Source of the DNA: Candidatus Multivoradales bacterium
Lineage (GTDB): Bacteria; Acidobacteriota; Thermoanaerobaculia; Multivoradales; JAHEKO01
NCBI GenBank assembly: GCA_965223155.1
Contig: CBDCVR010000013.1
Coordinates: forward strand, 224,001-288,000
Length of the DNA: 64,000 bases
Reading direction: 5' to 3'
The stretch's first letter is position 1. Each line of letters opens with the position of its first letter. Under the pieces are notes generated by a model. That model was not told where the DNA came from. It searched no databases and saw only the letters and a list, made by a program, of their open reading frames with translations. The translations under genes and the position numbers were made by a program. Of the stretch, positions 42,573 through 51,286 are shown piece by piece.

Positions 42573-44036
42573 GTGAGCCGGCATCTCCTCCTCGAGTTTG
42601 TCGGCACTCGGACCGCCGGCGTTCTGGAACGCGTGGCCGGCCTCGCCCGGCGACGGGGTTTCGCGCTCTATCTGGCGGGGGGCGCCGTGCGCGACCGGCT
42701 TCTAGGTCGGGATACCCGCGATCTTGACCTGGTGTGGATCGGTCCCGGGCAGCCGGAGGCGGTAGCCGGGGAACTGGCTCGTGAGCTGGGGATCGGGGAG
42801 GCCGGGTTTCGCTTCAACCTCCGGTTCCTGACCGCCCGTTGCACCTTGCCTGGCTCTGCCGAGCCCGAAGAAGGCTCGGAAGACGAGCCGCTACGAGTGG
42901 ACTTTTCCCGGGCGCGGCGCGAGGTCTACGTTGGGGAAGGAAGTTTGCCCCAGGTAGAGGCGCTCGCTGACCAGCCGGCGAATCGCATCGAGGTGCTTTG
43001 CCAAGACCTGATTCGCCGGGACTTCACGGTCAACGCCATGGCGGTCGAGCTGACCGAGTTTCCGGCCTGCGACGAGCCGCTCTTGATCGATCCGCTTGGT
43101 GGCGCCGAGGACCTCGAGCGGGGCGTCTTGCGGATCCTGCACGACCGTTCCTTTCGGGACGATCCCACCCGGATTCTCCGGGGAGTCGAGCTGGCGGCGC
43201 GCCTCAGCGCCTTCCGGCGCTTCCGGCCCTTGGCGTTCGCGCCGCCGACCCGCGAGCTTGCCGTCGCCGCCATCCAGGACGGCCTCTTGGAAGCGGTCTC
43301 GGGGGCCCGCCTTCGCGCCGAGCTGATCCGGTGCTTCCGGGGGGCGCATGCGGCGCGGGCGGCCCGGGGGCTCGCGGCCCTTGGCGTCGATCGTCGTCTG
43401 GGCACGAGCGCGGGCTGGACGGATGCCGATCTGGAGCGGTTGGAGCGGATCAAGGATTCCGTCCGCGCGCGACGTTGCGCGCCTTCGCGGACCGATTCCC
43501 AGAACTCGGCCGTCGAGTCCGGATCGCTGCCCTGGGTAACGGCGCTGGCGGCGCTCTTGTGGCTCCGGACGGCCGACGAACGAAGCGTGGTGGCCGGCCG
43601 GCTGGCCCTGGTCCGGGACGAGCGGCGGGTCTTGCTCGAGGCTCCCGGCCGCGTGGGCGAGGTTCTGGCCGAGATTCCGAGTGCGGAGCCTCCGGAGGAG
43701 ACCTCGGTTCCGACGGAAGCGGGCACGGTAGACTCGGACGATCAGTCCCGGTTGGCCGGCTTGGCCGAGAAGCTATCCGGGGCTAGCGAGATCGAACGAA
43801 TGCTGGCCTGCCTGCTTGCCCCTTCCGGCGTCCGTCCGGTGATCGCCGAAGCGCTGGAGCTCGCCGAGCTTCAGTTGGGAATCTCCGGAGGGGATCTGGA
43901 AGCGCGAGGCCTCCGCGGCGCGGCGATTGGGCGGGCGCTTCGGGCCACACTCCATGCGAGGCGGAGCGGAACCCTCGGGCCCGAGGGCGAGCTGGAGTTC
44001 GCGCTCGCCGCGGCTGGTCTCGTGGAGAACTCGTGA
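42573..44036 (+). CDS. Class II tRNA nucleotidyltransferase (CCA/A-adding type)
   Basis: GGAVRDRLLG..DLDL, DLIRRDFTVNAMA and SFRDDPTRILRG. Confidence 0.9.
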   Translation: MSRHLLLEFVGTRTAGVLERVAGLARRRGFALYLAGGAVRDRLLGRDTRDLDLVWIGPGQPEAVAGELARELGIGEAGFRFNLRFLTARCTLPGSAEPEEGSEDEPLRVDFSRARREVYVGEGSLPQVEALADQPANRIEVLCQDLIRRDFTVNAMAVELTEFPACDEPLLIDPLGGAEDLERGVLRILHDRSFRDDPTRILRGVELAARLSAFRRFRPLAFAPPTRELAVAAIQDGLLEAVSGARLRAELIRCFRGAHAARAARGLAALGVDRRLGTSAGWTDADLERLERIKDSVRARRCAPSRTDSQNSAVESGSLPWVTALAALLWLRTADERSVVAGRLALVRDERRVLLEAPGRVGEVLAEIPSAEPPEETSVPTEAGTVDSDDQSRLAGLAEKLSGASEIERMLACLLAPSGVRPVIAEALELAELQLGISGGDLEARGLRGAAIGRALRATLHARRSGTLGPEGELEFALAAAGLVENS

Positions 44037-44755
44037 CCCGCCGCCGCCTTGCAATCGGGACCGCTTTGGTTCTCGTGTGGGGCTGGTCGGCCGTGGCCGC
44101 GGGCCAGGGGATCGCCGGGGATGCCGGCGACCGTCTCGACTTCAGCCTGCGAACCCACGAGACGTTTCGCTTGGACTGCACGGCGAACGAGCTCTCGAGC
44201 TCGGTCGTGCTCTTCGGCAACGGTACCGTGCGGCTGCGCGAGCGGGGTGGCGAGACCGATGGCTTGCGCCTGGCCGAGCTCTATCCGGAAGAGTTGACGG
44301 CGTTCTTGAACCGCCTGCGCGAGGTGGATCTCAGCGAGACGCCAGATCGGATCTACGGGCCCAGCGGAGAGATGCTCGAACAATGTCTGCTGCGGCTCAG
44401 GCTGGACGTCACCCCGGGCGCGCCGGCGCGTGAGGTCCGGTTTCCCAAGATGGCGGCAATGGACCTGGCCCTCCATCAAGTGCTGCGGGTCATCGACGAC
44501 GTGGTTCTCCTGGCGAGCGAGCGCGAGCGGAGCGCTCGGGGCCTGCCCGCCGAGTACGAGCCCCGGGTCGGTGACGTCTTGGTCAAGGAGAACGGCGACC
44601 GATTCCGTATCGACCGTTGGACCGCGGATGGGAAGGGCGCGGAAATCTCGGGATTCGAGTCGCCCCTGGTGCTCTACATCGCCCGCGACAAGATCCGATT
44701 CGAATTCCACGAGATCGAGCGCCGGGGCCGCCCGCCGATCGACCCGGAATCGTGA
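44033..44755 (+). CDS. Hypothetical secreted protein
   Basis: Signal-peptide-like N-terminus. GTGA overlaps at both ends. Confidence 0.75.
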   Translation: MTRRRLAIGTALVLVWGWSAVAAGQGIAGDAGDRLDFSLRTHETFRLDCTANELSSSVVLFGNGTVRLRERGGETDGLRLAELYPEELTAFLNRLREVDLSETPDRIYGPSGEMLEQCLLRLRLDVTPGAPAREVRFPKMAAMDLALHQVLRVIDDVVLLASERERSARGLPAEYEPRVGDVLVKENGDRFRIDRWTADGKGAEISGFESPLVLYIARDKIRFEFHEIERRGRPPIDPES

Positions 44756-45357
44756 CGCGCGGGAGGCTGCGCATCAGTGGCGGCGCGCTCAAGGGGCGCC
44801 GCTTGCGGGTCCCGGAGAGCGCCCGGCCGACCAGTTCTCGCACCCGGGAGGCACTGATCTCGCGCTGGCGCGATCGGCTCGCTGGCGCCAGGGTGCTGGA
44901 TCTCTTCGCCGGTGGCGGTGCGGTAGGTCTTGAAGCGGCCGGTCACGGCGCCCGGCGGGTGGTCTGGGTCGAAGCCGATCGCCAGGCGCTGGCGGTACTC
45001 GCCGGAAACGTCCGTCTGGCGGACGAGCTCGACTGTGAGCTCGAGATCCTTCGCGGCCGGTTACCCGGGATGCGGAGTCGGATCGCGGCCCTCGGCCCCT
45101 TCGACCTCGTCTTCGCGGACCCGCCGTACGCCTTTGCCGACTTCGGCACTCTGATTCGATCGATTGCTGGTCTCCTTGCTCCGGCTGGAGAGGCCGCGAT
45201 TGAGCACTCGGCGCGGGTCGAGCTGCCGGCCGTCGAGGGGCCGCACAGAGCCTTCCAACGAGTCGCGACGCGGTCGTACGGAGGGAGCGCCTTGAGCTTC
45301 TTCGCGGCTGGTGAGAGGCAGGACGGCATCGCCGGCCCCCGACCGGACTCGGGATAG
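44752..45357 (+). CDS. rsmD: 16S rRNA m2G966 methyltransferase
   Basis: LRISGGALKGRRL, RPT, LDLFAGGG and FADPPY. Confidence 0.92.
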   Translation: MTRGRLRISGGALKGRRLRVPESARPTSSRTREALISRWRDRLAGARVLDLFAGGGAVGLEAAGHGARRVVWVEADRQALAVLAGNVRLADELDCELEILRGRLPGMRSRIAALGPFDLVFADPPYAFADFGTLIRSIAGLLAPAGEAAIEHSARVELPAVEGPHRAFQRVATRSYGGSALSFFAAGERQDGIAGPRPDSG

Positions 45358-45410
45358 GATGCCGCGATGCCAGCCGGACCTGGGTTTGCGGCGCGTTCCG
45401 GAGCCGCGTT

Positions 45411-46052
45411 GTGACGCGCTCAAACGCGTCCTCTACCCTGGACCGGCTGCGGCGGGGTAACGAACGGTTCGTGTCGGGCCGCGCGTCCGCGCTCTGGGGC
45501 TTCACGGCCCGGGAGCGTGAGCGTTTGGTCTCGGGACAGAGCCCGATTGCCGTCGTCCTGGGGTGTTCCGATTCGCGGGTTCCGCCGGAGGTGGTGTTCG
45601 ATTGTGGCCTGGGCGAGCTCTTTGTCGTTCGAGTTGCCGGCCAGGTGGCTGGGCCGATTGAGATCGGCAGCATCGAGTATGCGGTCGAGGTGTTCGGGAC
45701 CGGGCTCGTGGTCGTCTTGGGGCACTCTGGGTGCGGTGCCGTGACCGGGGCCCTGGCTGGTTTCGAGGATCGTGGCGTCGTGCCGGTGTCGCCGAATTTG
45801 GAGGCCGTCCTTGGCCGGATCCAGCCGGCGCTTGGACCGCTTCTTGAAGTCGGAACGGATGCGAATCCGGCAGGTCTGCCGGCAGGTTTGATGGATGCGG
45901 CGGTGACCGCCAACGTCCGTGCCGCCGCGACGGGCCTTGGCGCGGACTCGAAGCTCTTGGCCGAGCGGCTCGAGGGCGGCGAGCTGGTGGTGGCCGGTGC
46001 CGTCTACCAGCTTGCGACTGGCGTCGTGGAATTCTTGGAGGATCAATCGTGA
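45411..46052 (+). CDS. Beta-class carbonic anhydrase
   Basis: GNERF, CSDSR and GHSGCG zinc ligands. Confidence 0.95.
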   Translation: MTRSNASSTLDRLRRGNERFVSGRASALWGFTARERERLVSGQSPIAVVLGCSDSRVPPEVVFDCGLGELFVVRVAGQVAGPIEIGSIEYAVEVFGTGLVVVLGHSGCGAVTGALAGFEDRGVVPVSPNLEAVLGRIQPALGPLLEVGTDANPAGLPAGLMDAAVTANVRAAATGLGADSKLLAERLEGGELVVAGAVYQLATGVVEFLEDQS

Positions 46053-46525
46053 GTGGAGCGGGCGCGTATCGCTATCGAGGCGCCGAGACCCTAGTGGCCC
46101 TGCAGGAGAGGCATCTGCGGGATTTCCTGGATGCGTGGCGTCGATTCGGAGCCGGCAACTTCCGTCTGCCTCGAACGGCGGACCCGAACTACGCCGATGA
46201 GGAAGTGCTCCTGGCCCATGTTCTCGGGTGCTCAGCCCGCTATCTTGGCTGGATCTGTGAGCAGCGTGGCCGCTCGCGACCCGAGCTTGACGAACGGCCG
46301 GAACCGGCGGGCCTGAGCGAGCGCGCCGATACCTACTTGGAAGAGATTCTCGAAGCCTGGGATCGGGAGCTGCGGGACCTGACCGAGAAGGAGGCCTACG
46401 CTCCCGCGCGTCCCTCGACTTGGGGTCCGGCCTACTGCCTGGACGCGATGATCGAGCACGCCGCGATGCATCCGCTGCGACACACGTTCCAACTGGAGTC
46501 TCTGATGCGCGAGGTGCTCGCATGA
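46049..46525 (+). CDS. DinB/YfiT-like protein
   Basis: LAHV N-terminal His and C-terminal EHAAMHPLRH four-helix metal motif. Confidence 0.7.
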   Translation: MSGAGAYRYRGAETLVALQERHLRDFLDAWRRFGAGNFRLPRTADPNYADEEVLLAHVLGCSARYLGWICEQRGRSRPELDERPEPAGLSERADTYLEEILEAWDRELRDLTEKEAYAPARPSTWGPAYCLDAMIEHAAMHPLRHTFQLESLMREVLA

Positions 46526-47043
46526 GTGCACGGCCCGATCCTCGGCTCGCGGAAGTGCTGCGCTTTCTGGATCCGCCGACCGGCCTCGGTCCGTGGCATG
46601 GCGGTCCGACCATTCTCGGCTGCCTGCGCGGTGTCGCGGCGGAAGCCGCCCGCTGGCGGCCGGCTCCGTCCCGCCGTTCGATCTGGGAGCTGGCGCTGCA
46701 CGTGGCCTACTGGAAGTACGCGGTTCGTCGGCGGTTGACCGGAGAGCCCGCGGGTTCGTTTCCGCGGGCACCAGCCGACTGGCCGGCAGCGAGCGCGGGC
46801 CGGCCGATTGCGGCCTGGAAGGCCGACAGGGCCCTGTTGCGCAGCGAGCACCGGCGGCTGGTGGACGCCGTGCGTTCGTTGGATCCGGAAGGCTTGGACG
46901 AACCGGCCGGGAAGAGCAAGAAGTATCGAGTCGCGGATCTGCTGTTCGGAAGCGTCGCTCACGACCTTCACCACATCGGCCAGATGCAATTGCTGAAGCG
47001 GCTCTATGAGGAATCGAGCTCTCAGAGTGGCCGGCGGCCGTGA
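46522..47043 (+). CDS. DinB family protein
   Basis: WHGGP, SIWELALH and HDLHHIGQ. Confidence 0.88.
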   Translation: MSARPDPRLAEVLRFLDPPTGLGPWHGGPTILGCLRGVAAEAARWRPAPSRRSIWELALHVAYWKYAVRRRLTGEPAGSFPRAPADWPAASAGRPIAAWKADRALLRSEHRRLVDAVRSLDPEGLDEPAGKSKKYRVADLLFGSVAHDLHHIGQMQLLKRLYEESSSQSGRRP

Positions 47044-47654
47044 CCGAGCTCGGCCAGCTCGGCCAGCTTGAGCGGGCGCCCGAGCGGGTGCGCACCGCGC
47101 GCTTGGAGCTGGCGCCGCCGGCGCCTGAGGACGCCGAGGAGATCTTTCATCGCTACGCCTCGGATTTTCGAGTGACCCGGATGTTGAGCTGGAAACGCCA
47201 CCGCGCGGTCGAGGACAGCCGCGGGTTCGTCAAGGCGAGTCAGGAGGCATGGCGCCGCTGGCCCGCCGGGCCCTATCTCATCCGTCACCGGGATGGCCAG
47301 CTCTTGGGTGGGACGGGCCTGGCCTTTTCGAGTTCCCCTGATCGGGCGGAGACCGGGTTCGTCCTCGCCCGGGATGCCTGGGGCTTGGGCTACGCCACCG
47401 AGGCGCTGAGCGCCGTCGTCGCGGTAGCGGCGAGACTGGGGCTTGTCGAGCTCTCTGCGCACTGTCACCCGGACCACGAGGCCTCTCGTCGAGTGCTTGA
47501 GAAGTGCGCCTTCGAGCCCTCTGAAGGCGGCCCGGTCGCCGGGATGCTGCCGAATCTGGATTCCGAGACACCGATGAGCCTGATGCGCTACGAGCGCTGC
47601 TTGGAAGCAGCCTGCCGAGAGACCATGGCTTCGCTCTATGGAGCCGGCCGATGA
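47040..47654 (+). CDS. RimJ/RimL-type GNAT N-acetyltransferase
   Basis: TARLEL, WGLGYATEA and ASRRVLEKCAF. Confidence 0.9.
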   Translation: MTELGQLGQLERAPERVRTARLELAPPAPEDAEEIFHRYASDFRVTRMLSWKRHRAVEDSRGFVKASQEAWRRWPAGPYLIRHRDGQLLGGTGLAFSSSPDRAETGFVLARDAWGLGYATEALSAVVAVAARLGLVELSAHCHPDHEASRRVLEKCAFEPSEGGPVAGMLPNLDSETPMSLMRYERCLEAACRETMASLYGAGR

Positions 47655-47875
47655 CGACCCTCCGGCTTCGAGTCAAGCCGGGCTCGCGCACGGCGGGGTT
47701 GGAGCGCGGTGCCGACGGAAGCTGGGTGGCGCGGGTCAAGGCGCGGCCGGTGGACGGCAGAGCCAATCGCGAACTCGTGAAGCTCGTCGCCCGGCACTTT
47801 GGCGTCGCCAGGTCCAGGGTTTCGATCCGGAGCGGCGGCTCGAGCCGGTACAAGCGCATCCAGATCGAGGACTAG
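47651..47875 (+). CDS. DUF167 (YggU) family protein
   Basis: VKPGSR, PVDGRANREL and GGSSRYK. Confidence 0.88.
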   Translation: MTTLRLRVKPGSRTAGLERGADGSWVARVKARPVDGRANRELVKLVARHFGVARSRVSIRSGGSSRYKRIQIED

Positions 47876-47879
47876 GGCA

Positions 47880-48068
47880 GTGGGCGCGATCTCGATTCTG
47901 GCGGCGGAGCAAGCGCTCACCGAGTACAATCCCGCCTCGCATGCCATCTTCTGGCTGGGCCTCGGACTCATGGGCTTGCTGGGTGTGTTGGCGTTGATCG
48001 AGGTTTGGGACTGGTTGTGGGAGCGAATCCGGCGTGGACGACGTGACGAAGACGAGCTTGGTACCTAG
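47880..48068 (+). CDS. Small single-pass membrane protein (hypothetical)
   Basis: GTG 4 nt after the DUF167 stop. TM segment AIFWLGLGLMGLLGVLALI followed by a basic stretch. Confidence 0.5.
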   Translation: MGAISILAAEQALTEYNPASHAIFWLGLGLMGLLGVLALIEVWDWLWERIRRGRRDEDELGT

Positions 48069-48624
48069 GCCGGAAGAGTCCGCCGCGCGGGGCCGGGTTG
48101 TTGCGGTCAGTCGCAGCGCGACCCACCAGGTCAGCAAGGAGAAGGTTGACGCCATCCGGCTGATCGGAGGTCTCGGGGTCGAGGGTGACGCTCATGCCGG
48201 GCGGCGGGTACGCCATCGATCGCGGGTCGCGGCGAATCCCGAACAGCCCAACTTGCGCCAGGTGCACCTGATCCATGCCGAGCTGCACGAGGAGCTGGCG
48301 GCTGAGGGCTTCGAAGTGGAGTCGGGAGCAATGGGCGAGAACGTCACGACCAAGGGCGTGGACCTTCTGGGTCTGGCGCGGGGGACCCGCCTCGTTCTGG
48401 CTGAGGCGGTCGTCGAGATCACCGGTCTGCGAAACCCGTGTGCGCAGCTCGACGGTCTCGTGCCGGGCCTGATGGCGCGGACGGCCTACCGGGGCCGAGA
48501 GGGACGGCTGGTGCGGAGGGCGGGCGTTATGGGGATCGTGATTCGCGGAGGCGTGGTTCGGGCGGGCGATTCTATTGCCGTCGAGCCTCCGGCCGGGAAA
48601 TGGGTAGGGCTCGAGCCGGTCTGA
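48034..48624 (+). CDS. MOSC domain protein (YiiM-like)
   Basis: GLGVEGDAH, RQVHL, GENVTT, RNPCAQL and GGVVRAGD. Confidence 0.92.
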   Translation: MDDVTKTSLVPRPEESAARGRVVAVSRSATHQVSKEKVDAIRLIGGLGVEGDAHAGRRVRHRSRVAANPEQPNLRQVHLIHAELHEELAAEGFEVESGAMGENVTTKGVDLLGLARGTRLVLAEAVVEITGLRNPCAQLDGLVPGLMARTAYRGREGRLVRRAGVMGIVIRGGVVRAGDSIAVEPPAGKWVGLEPV

Positions 48625-48687
48625 GGACCTGGGCGTATCATTGGACCCTCGGCGGCGGGCCGTCGCCAGGAAGGTGAGAGGACCCCC

Positions 48688-49191
48688 ATGCCCAAGACCA
48701 AGCGAATCCAGACCTACGAGAACGCCGAGATCGAGGTCACCTTCAATCCCAACGTCTGTATCCACGCGGCGGTTTGTCTACGTGAGCTGCCTTCCGTCTT
48801 CGACGTCTCGAAGCGCCGCTGGATTCAGCTGGAGGGGGCGCCGCCGGAGCGGGTTCTCGAAACCGTCGCGCAGTGTCCTTCCGGCGCTTTGGCAGCCCGG
48901 ACGCTGATGGATGGGGAAAGCGCTCAGGAAGCGCTTCGGGATTGCGGCCAGGCCGCGGCCGAGGAGGTGAGGTCGATCGACGCCGGTACCGCCGCAACGC
49001 CGGAAGAAGGCATTGAAGGATTCTCGATCGACGACGAGCAGGCCCGTCGGATCGGCGAGTTCATCGCCAGCGAATCGAGCCCCGTGGGAATCGACGCCAA
49101 GAAGACTCACGTCGTCATCCTGGCGCAGCTCGAGGCCATCGAAGAACGATTGCGCCGGATCGAGGATCGGCTCGCGGCGATGGGCTACTAG
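48688..49191 (+). CDS. Divergent 4Fe-4S monocluster (YjdI/Fer4_19-like) protein with C-terminal extension
   Basis: CIHAAVC..P.VFD...WI..CPSGAL, plus an extra C-terminal SPVGIDAKKTH helix. Confidence 0.82.
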   Translation: MPKTKRIQTYENAEIEVTFNPNVCIHAAVCLRELPSVFDVSKRRWIQLEGAPPERVLETVAQCPSGALAARTLMDGESAQEALRDCGQAAAEEVRSIDAGTAATPEEGIEGFSIDDEQARRIGEFIASESSPVGIDAKKTHVVILAQLEAIEERLRRIEDRLAAMGY

Positions 49192-49823
49192 GAGACTGGA
49201 ACCGGGAGCTGTTGAAGCTGGTAGCCGAGCTCTTCGAGGAAGATGCGCAAATCCACCGCCTTGGTGGGGACATGGGGATCCCGGGCCAGCCGGATGGGCG
49301 CGAAGTTGAGCACGGCCTTGATGCCAGCGGCAATCAGCCGGTCGTAGTTCTCTTGCGCGACCTGCGGCGGCAGCGCCAGGACCGCGATCTCGGCGCCGCT
49401 CTCGGCGACAACGCGCTCCATCTCACTCGAGTCTCGCACCCGGATGTCGCCGATCTTGGAACCGATCTTGGTGGGATCGTTGTCGATCGCGGCGACAACT
49501 CGGAAGGAGCGGTCGTCGAAGCTCAGGAAACGGGCAAGAGCACTGCCGAGGTTGCCGGCTCCGACGATGACGATGGGACGGGTGTGATCGAGGCCGAGGA
49601 GGCCGCTCAGCCGATCGGTGAGGTCGGCGACCTCGTAGCCGGTACCGCGGATGCCGAAATCGCCGAATTGCGCCAGATCCTTGCGAATCTGGGTGGCGGA
49701 GAGGTGGAATCGGTCCGCCAACTCGCGCGACGAGACCGTCGTCTTGCCCTCGTCACGGAGATACCGGAGACAGCGCAGGTAGATCGAGAGGCGGTTCAGC
49801 GTGAGGGACGAAATCTCGCTCAT
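49188..49823 (-). CDS. rex: Redox-sensing transcriptional repressor Rex
   Basis: C-terminal part of ORF 49188..51437 from ATG 49823: RLSIYLR, QIRKDL..FG.FG.RG.GY, GAGNLG and ILNFAP-like VLNFAP. Confidence 0.96.
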   Translation of the reverse strand: MSEISSLTLNRLSIYLRCLRYLRDEGKTTVSSRELADRFHLSATQIRKDLAQFGDFGIRGTGYEVADLTDRLSGLLGLDHTRPIVIVGAGNLGSALARFLSFDDRSFRVVAAIDNDPTKIGSKIGDIRVRDSSEMERVVAESGAEIAVLALPPQVAQENYDRLIAAGIKAVLNFAPIRLARDPHVPTKAVDLRIFLEELGYQLQQLPVPVS

Positions 49824-49834
49824 GAACCGCTCTG

Positions 49835-51286
49835 CTAGAAGGTGATCCCCAGCGTTCGAGCCACGGCGCCCAGGATCGGTCCAGGCAGCGCTCCCAAGAG
49901 CAGAGTGGCGGCGGCCGCCGCAACCGTCGCCGCGGTCGCGAGCCAATCGGGTCCCAGGCTCGACTGGCGCGACTCCGGCTGCATGTAGAGCGTGTAGACC
50001 ACGCGGAGGTAGTAGAAGACGCCGACCAGACTCGTGACCACGATGGTCACGGCCAGGGCCAGATGGCCGGTCTCGACCGCATGAACGAAGATCAGGTACT
50101 TGCCGATGAAGCCGGCCGTGGGCGGAATGCCGCCGAGCGAGAGCATGAAGACGCTCAAGCACAGTCCGAACAGGGGATAGCGGTAGCCCCAGCCGCTGAG
50201 ATCCGAGATCAGGTGCTGCTCGCCGGGCTCGGGAAAGAGATATCCAACGACCACGAAGCCGCCGCCGGTCATGAGGGCGTAGGCCGCCAGGTAGATCAGG
50301 ATGGCCTCCAGGCTCTGGGCGTTGAGGCCAACGATCGGAACCAGAAGGTAGCCCATGTGGGCGATGCCGGAATAGGCGAGCATGCGCTTGAGGTCGCGCT
50401 GAGCCAGCGCAATCAGGTTGCCGACGAGCATCGACAGCACCGCCACCGCGGAAAGAATCGTGTCCCAGTCTTCGAATCCACCACCCACGGCGACGCCGGT
50501 CAGGCGCACTAGCGCCACCGCCGCCGCGGCCTTGGGCGCGACCGCGAGAAAGGCCACGAAGGGCGAGGGAGCCCCCTGATAGGCGTCGGGCGCCCATGCG
50601 TGGAGCGGCGCCAGGCCCAGCTTGAAGGCGAGGCCGCCGAAGACGAGCGCGAGGCCGGCGAGAAGCATCGGCGGAATCGGGCTGCCGGAGCCGCCGCCAA
50701 GAGCGGCCAGCGAGGTCAGGCTGGTGGTGCCGGTCTCGGCGAAGACGAGCGCGATACCCAGCAGCAGGAAGGCGCTCAACACCGCGCCCATGAGGAAATA
50801 CTTGATGCCGGCTTCGGTCGAGACCCGGAGCCGGCGGTGGTAGCCGGTGAGCGCGTACAGACAGACCGAAAGAAGCTCGAGCCCGACGAAGAGCGTAATG
50901 AGCTCGGTGCTGCGCGCGAAGAGGCTGGCGCCGACCCCGGCCCAGAGCAGCAGGGCGAGATATTCGCCCGGCGGCAGGGACTCCCGCCGCAGGTAGCCGT
51001 GCGAGCCCAGAATGCTGAGGCCCAAAGCGCCCAGGACGATCCAGCGCGCTCCGGCCGCGAGGGCGGAGGTCTCGAGGAGTCCCCCGAAGCTCGCGCCGCC
51101 GGGAGCGCAGAGGGCGTAGTACGCGGCCACCGCGACCCCGGCCAGGGCGACGAGAGAAGAGAGCACGCGCCGTCTGCCCAGGAAAGCGTCCAGGCACAGG
51201 ACCAGGACGCCCGCGCCGGCCAGGACGATCTCCGGCAGAAGGCCGGCGATGTCGACCGCCGGAATGGTGTAGGCGGCGCTGTTCAT
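49835..51286 (-). CDS. nuoN: NADH-quinone oxidoreductase subunit N
   Basis: EAGIKYF, FKLGLAPLHAWAPDAYQG, KRMLAYSGIAH and GIPPTAGF. Confidence 0.96.
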   Translation of the reverse strand: MNSAAYTIPAVDIAGLLPEIVLAGAGVLVLCLDAFLGRRRVLSSLVALAGVAVAAYYALCAPGGASFGGLLETSALAAGARWIVLGALGLSILGSHGYLRRESLPPGEYLALLLWAGVGASLFARSTELITLFVGLELLSVCLYALTGYHRRLRVSTEAGIKYFLMGAVLSAFLLLGIALVFAETGTTSLTSLAALGGGSGSPIPPMLLAGLALVFGGLAFKLGLAPLHAWAPDAYQGAPSPFVAFLAVAPKAAAAVALVRLTGVAVGGGFEDWDTILSAVAVLSMLVGNLIALAQRDLKRMLAYSGIAHMGYLLVPIVGLNAQSLEAILIYLAAYALMTGGGFVVVGYLFPEPGEQHLISDLSGWGYRYPLFGLCLSVFMLSLGGIPPTAGFIGKYLIFVHAVETGHLALAVTIVVTSLVGVFYYLRVVYTLYMQPESRQSSLGPDWLATAATVAAAAATLLLGALPGPILGAVARTLGITF

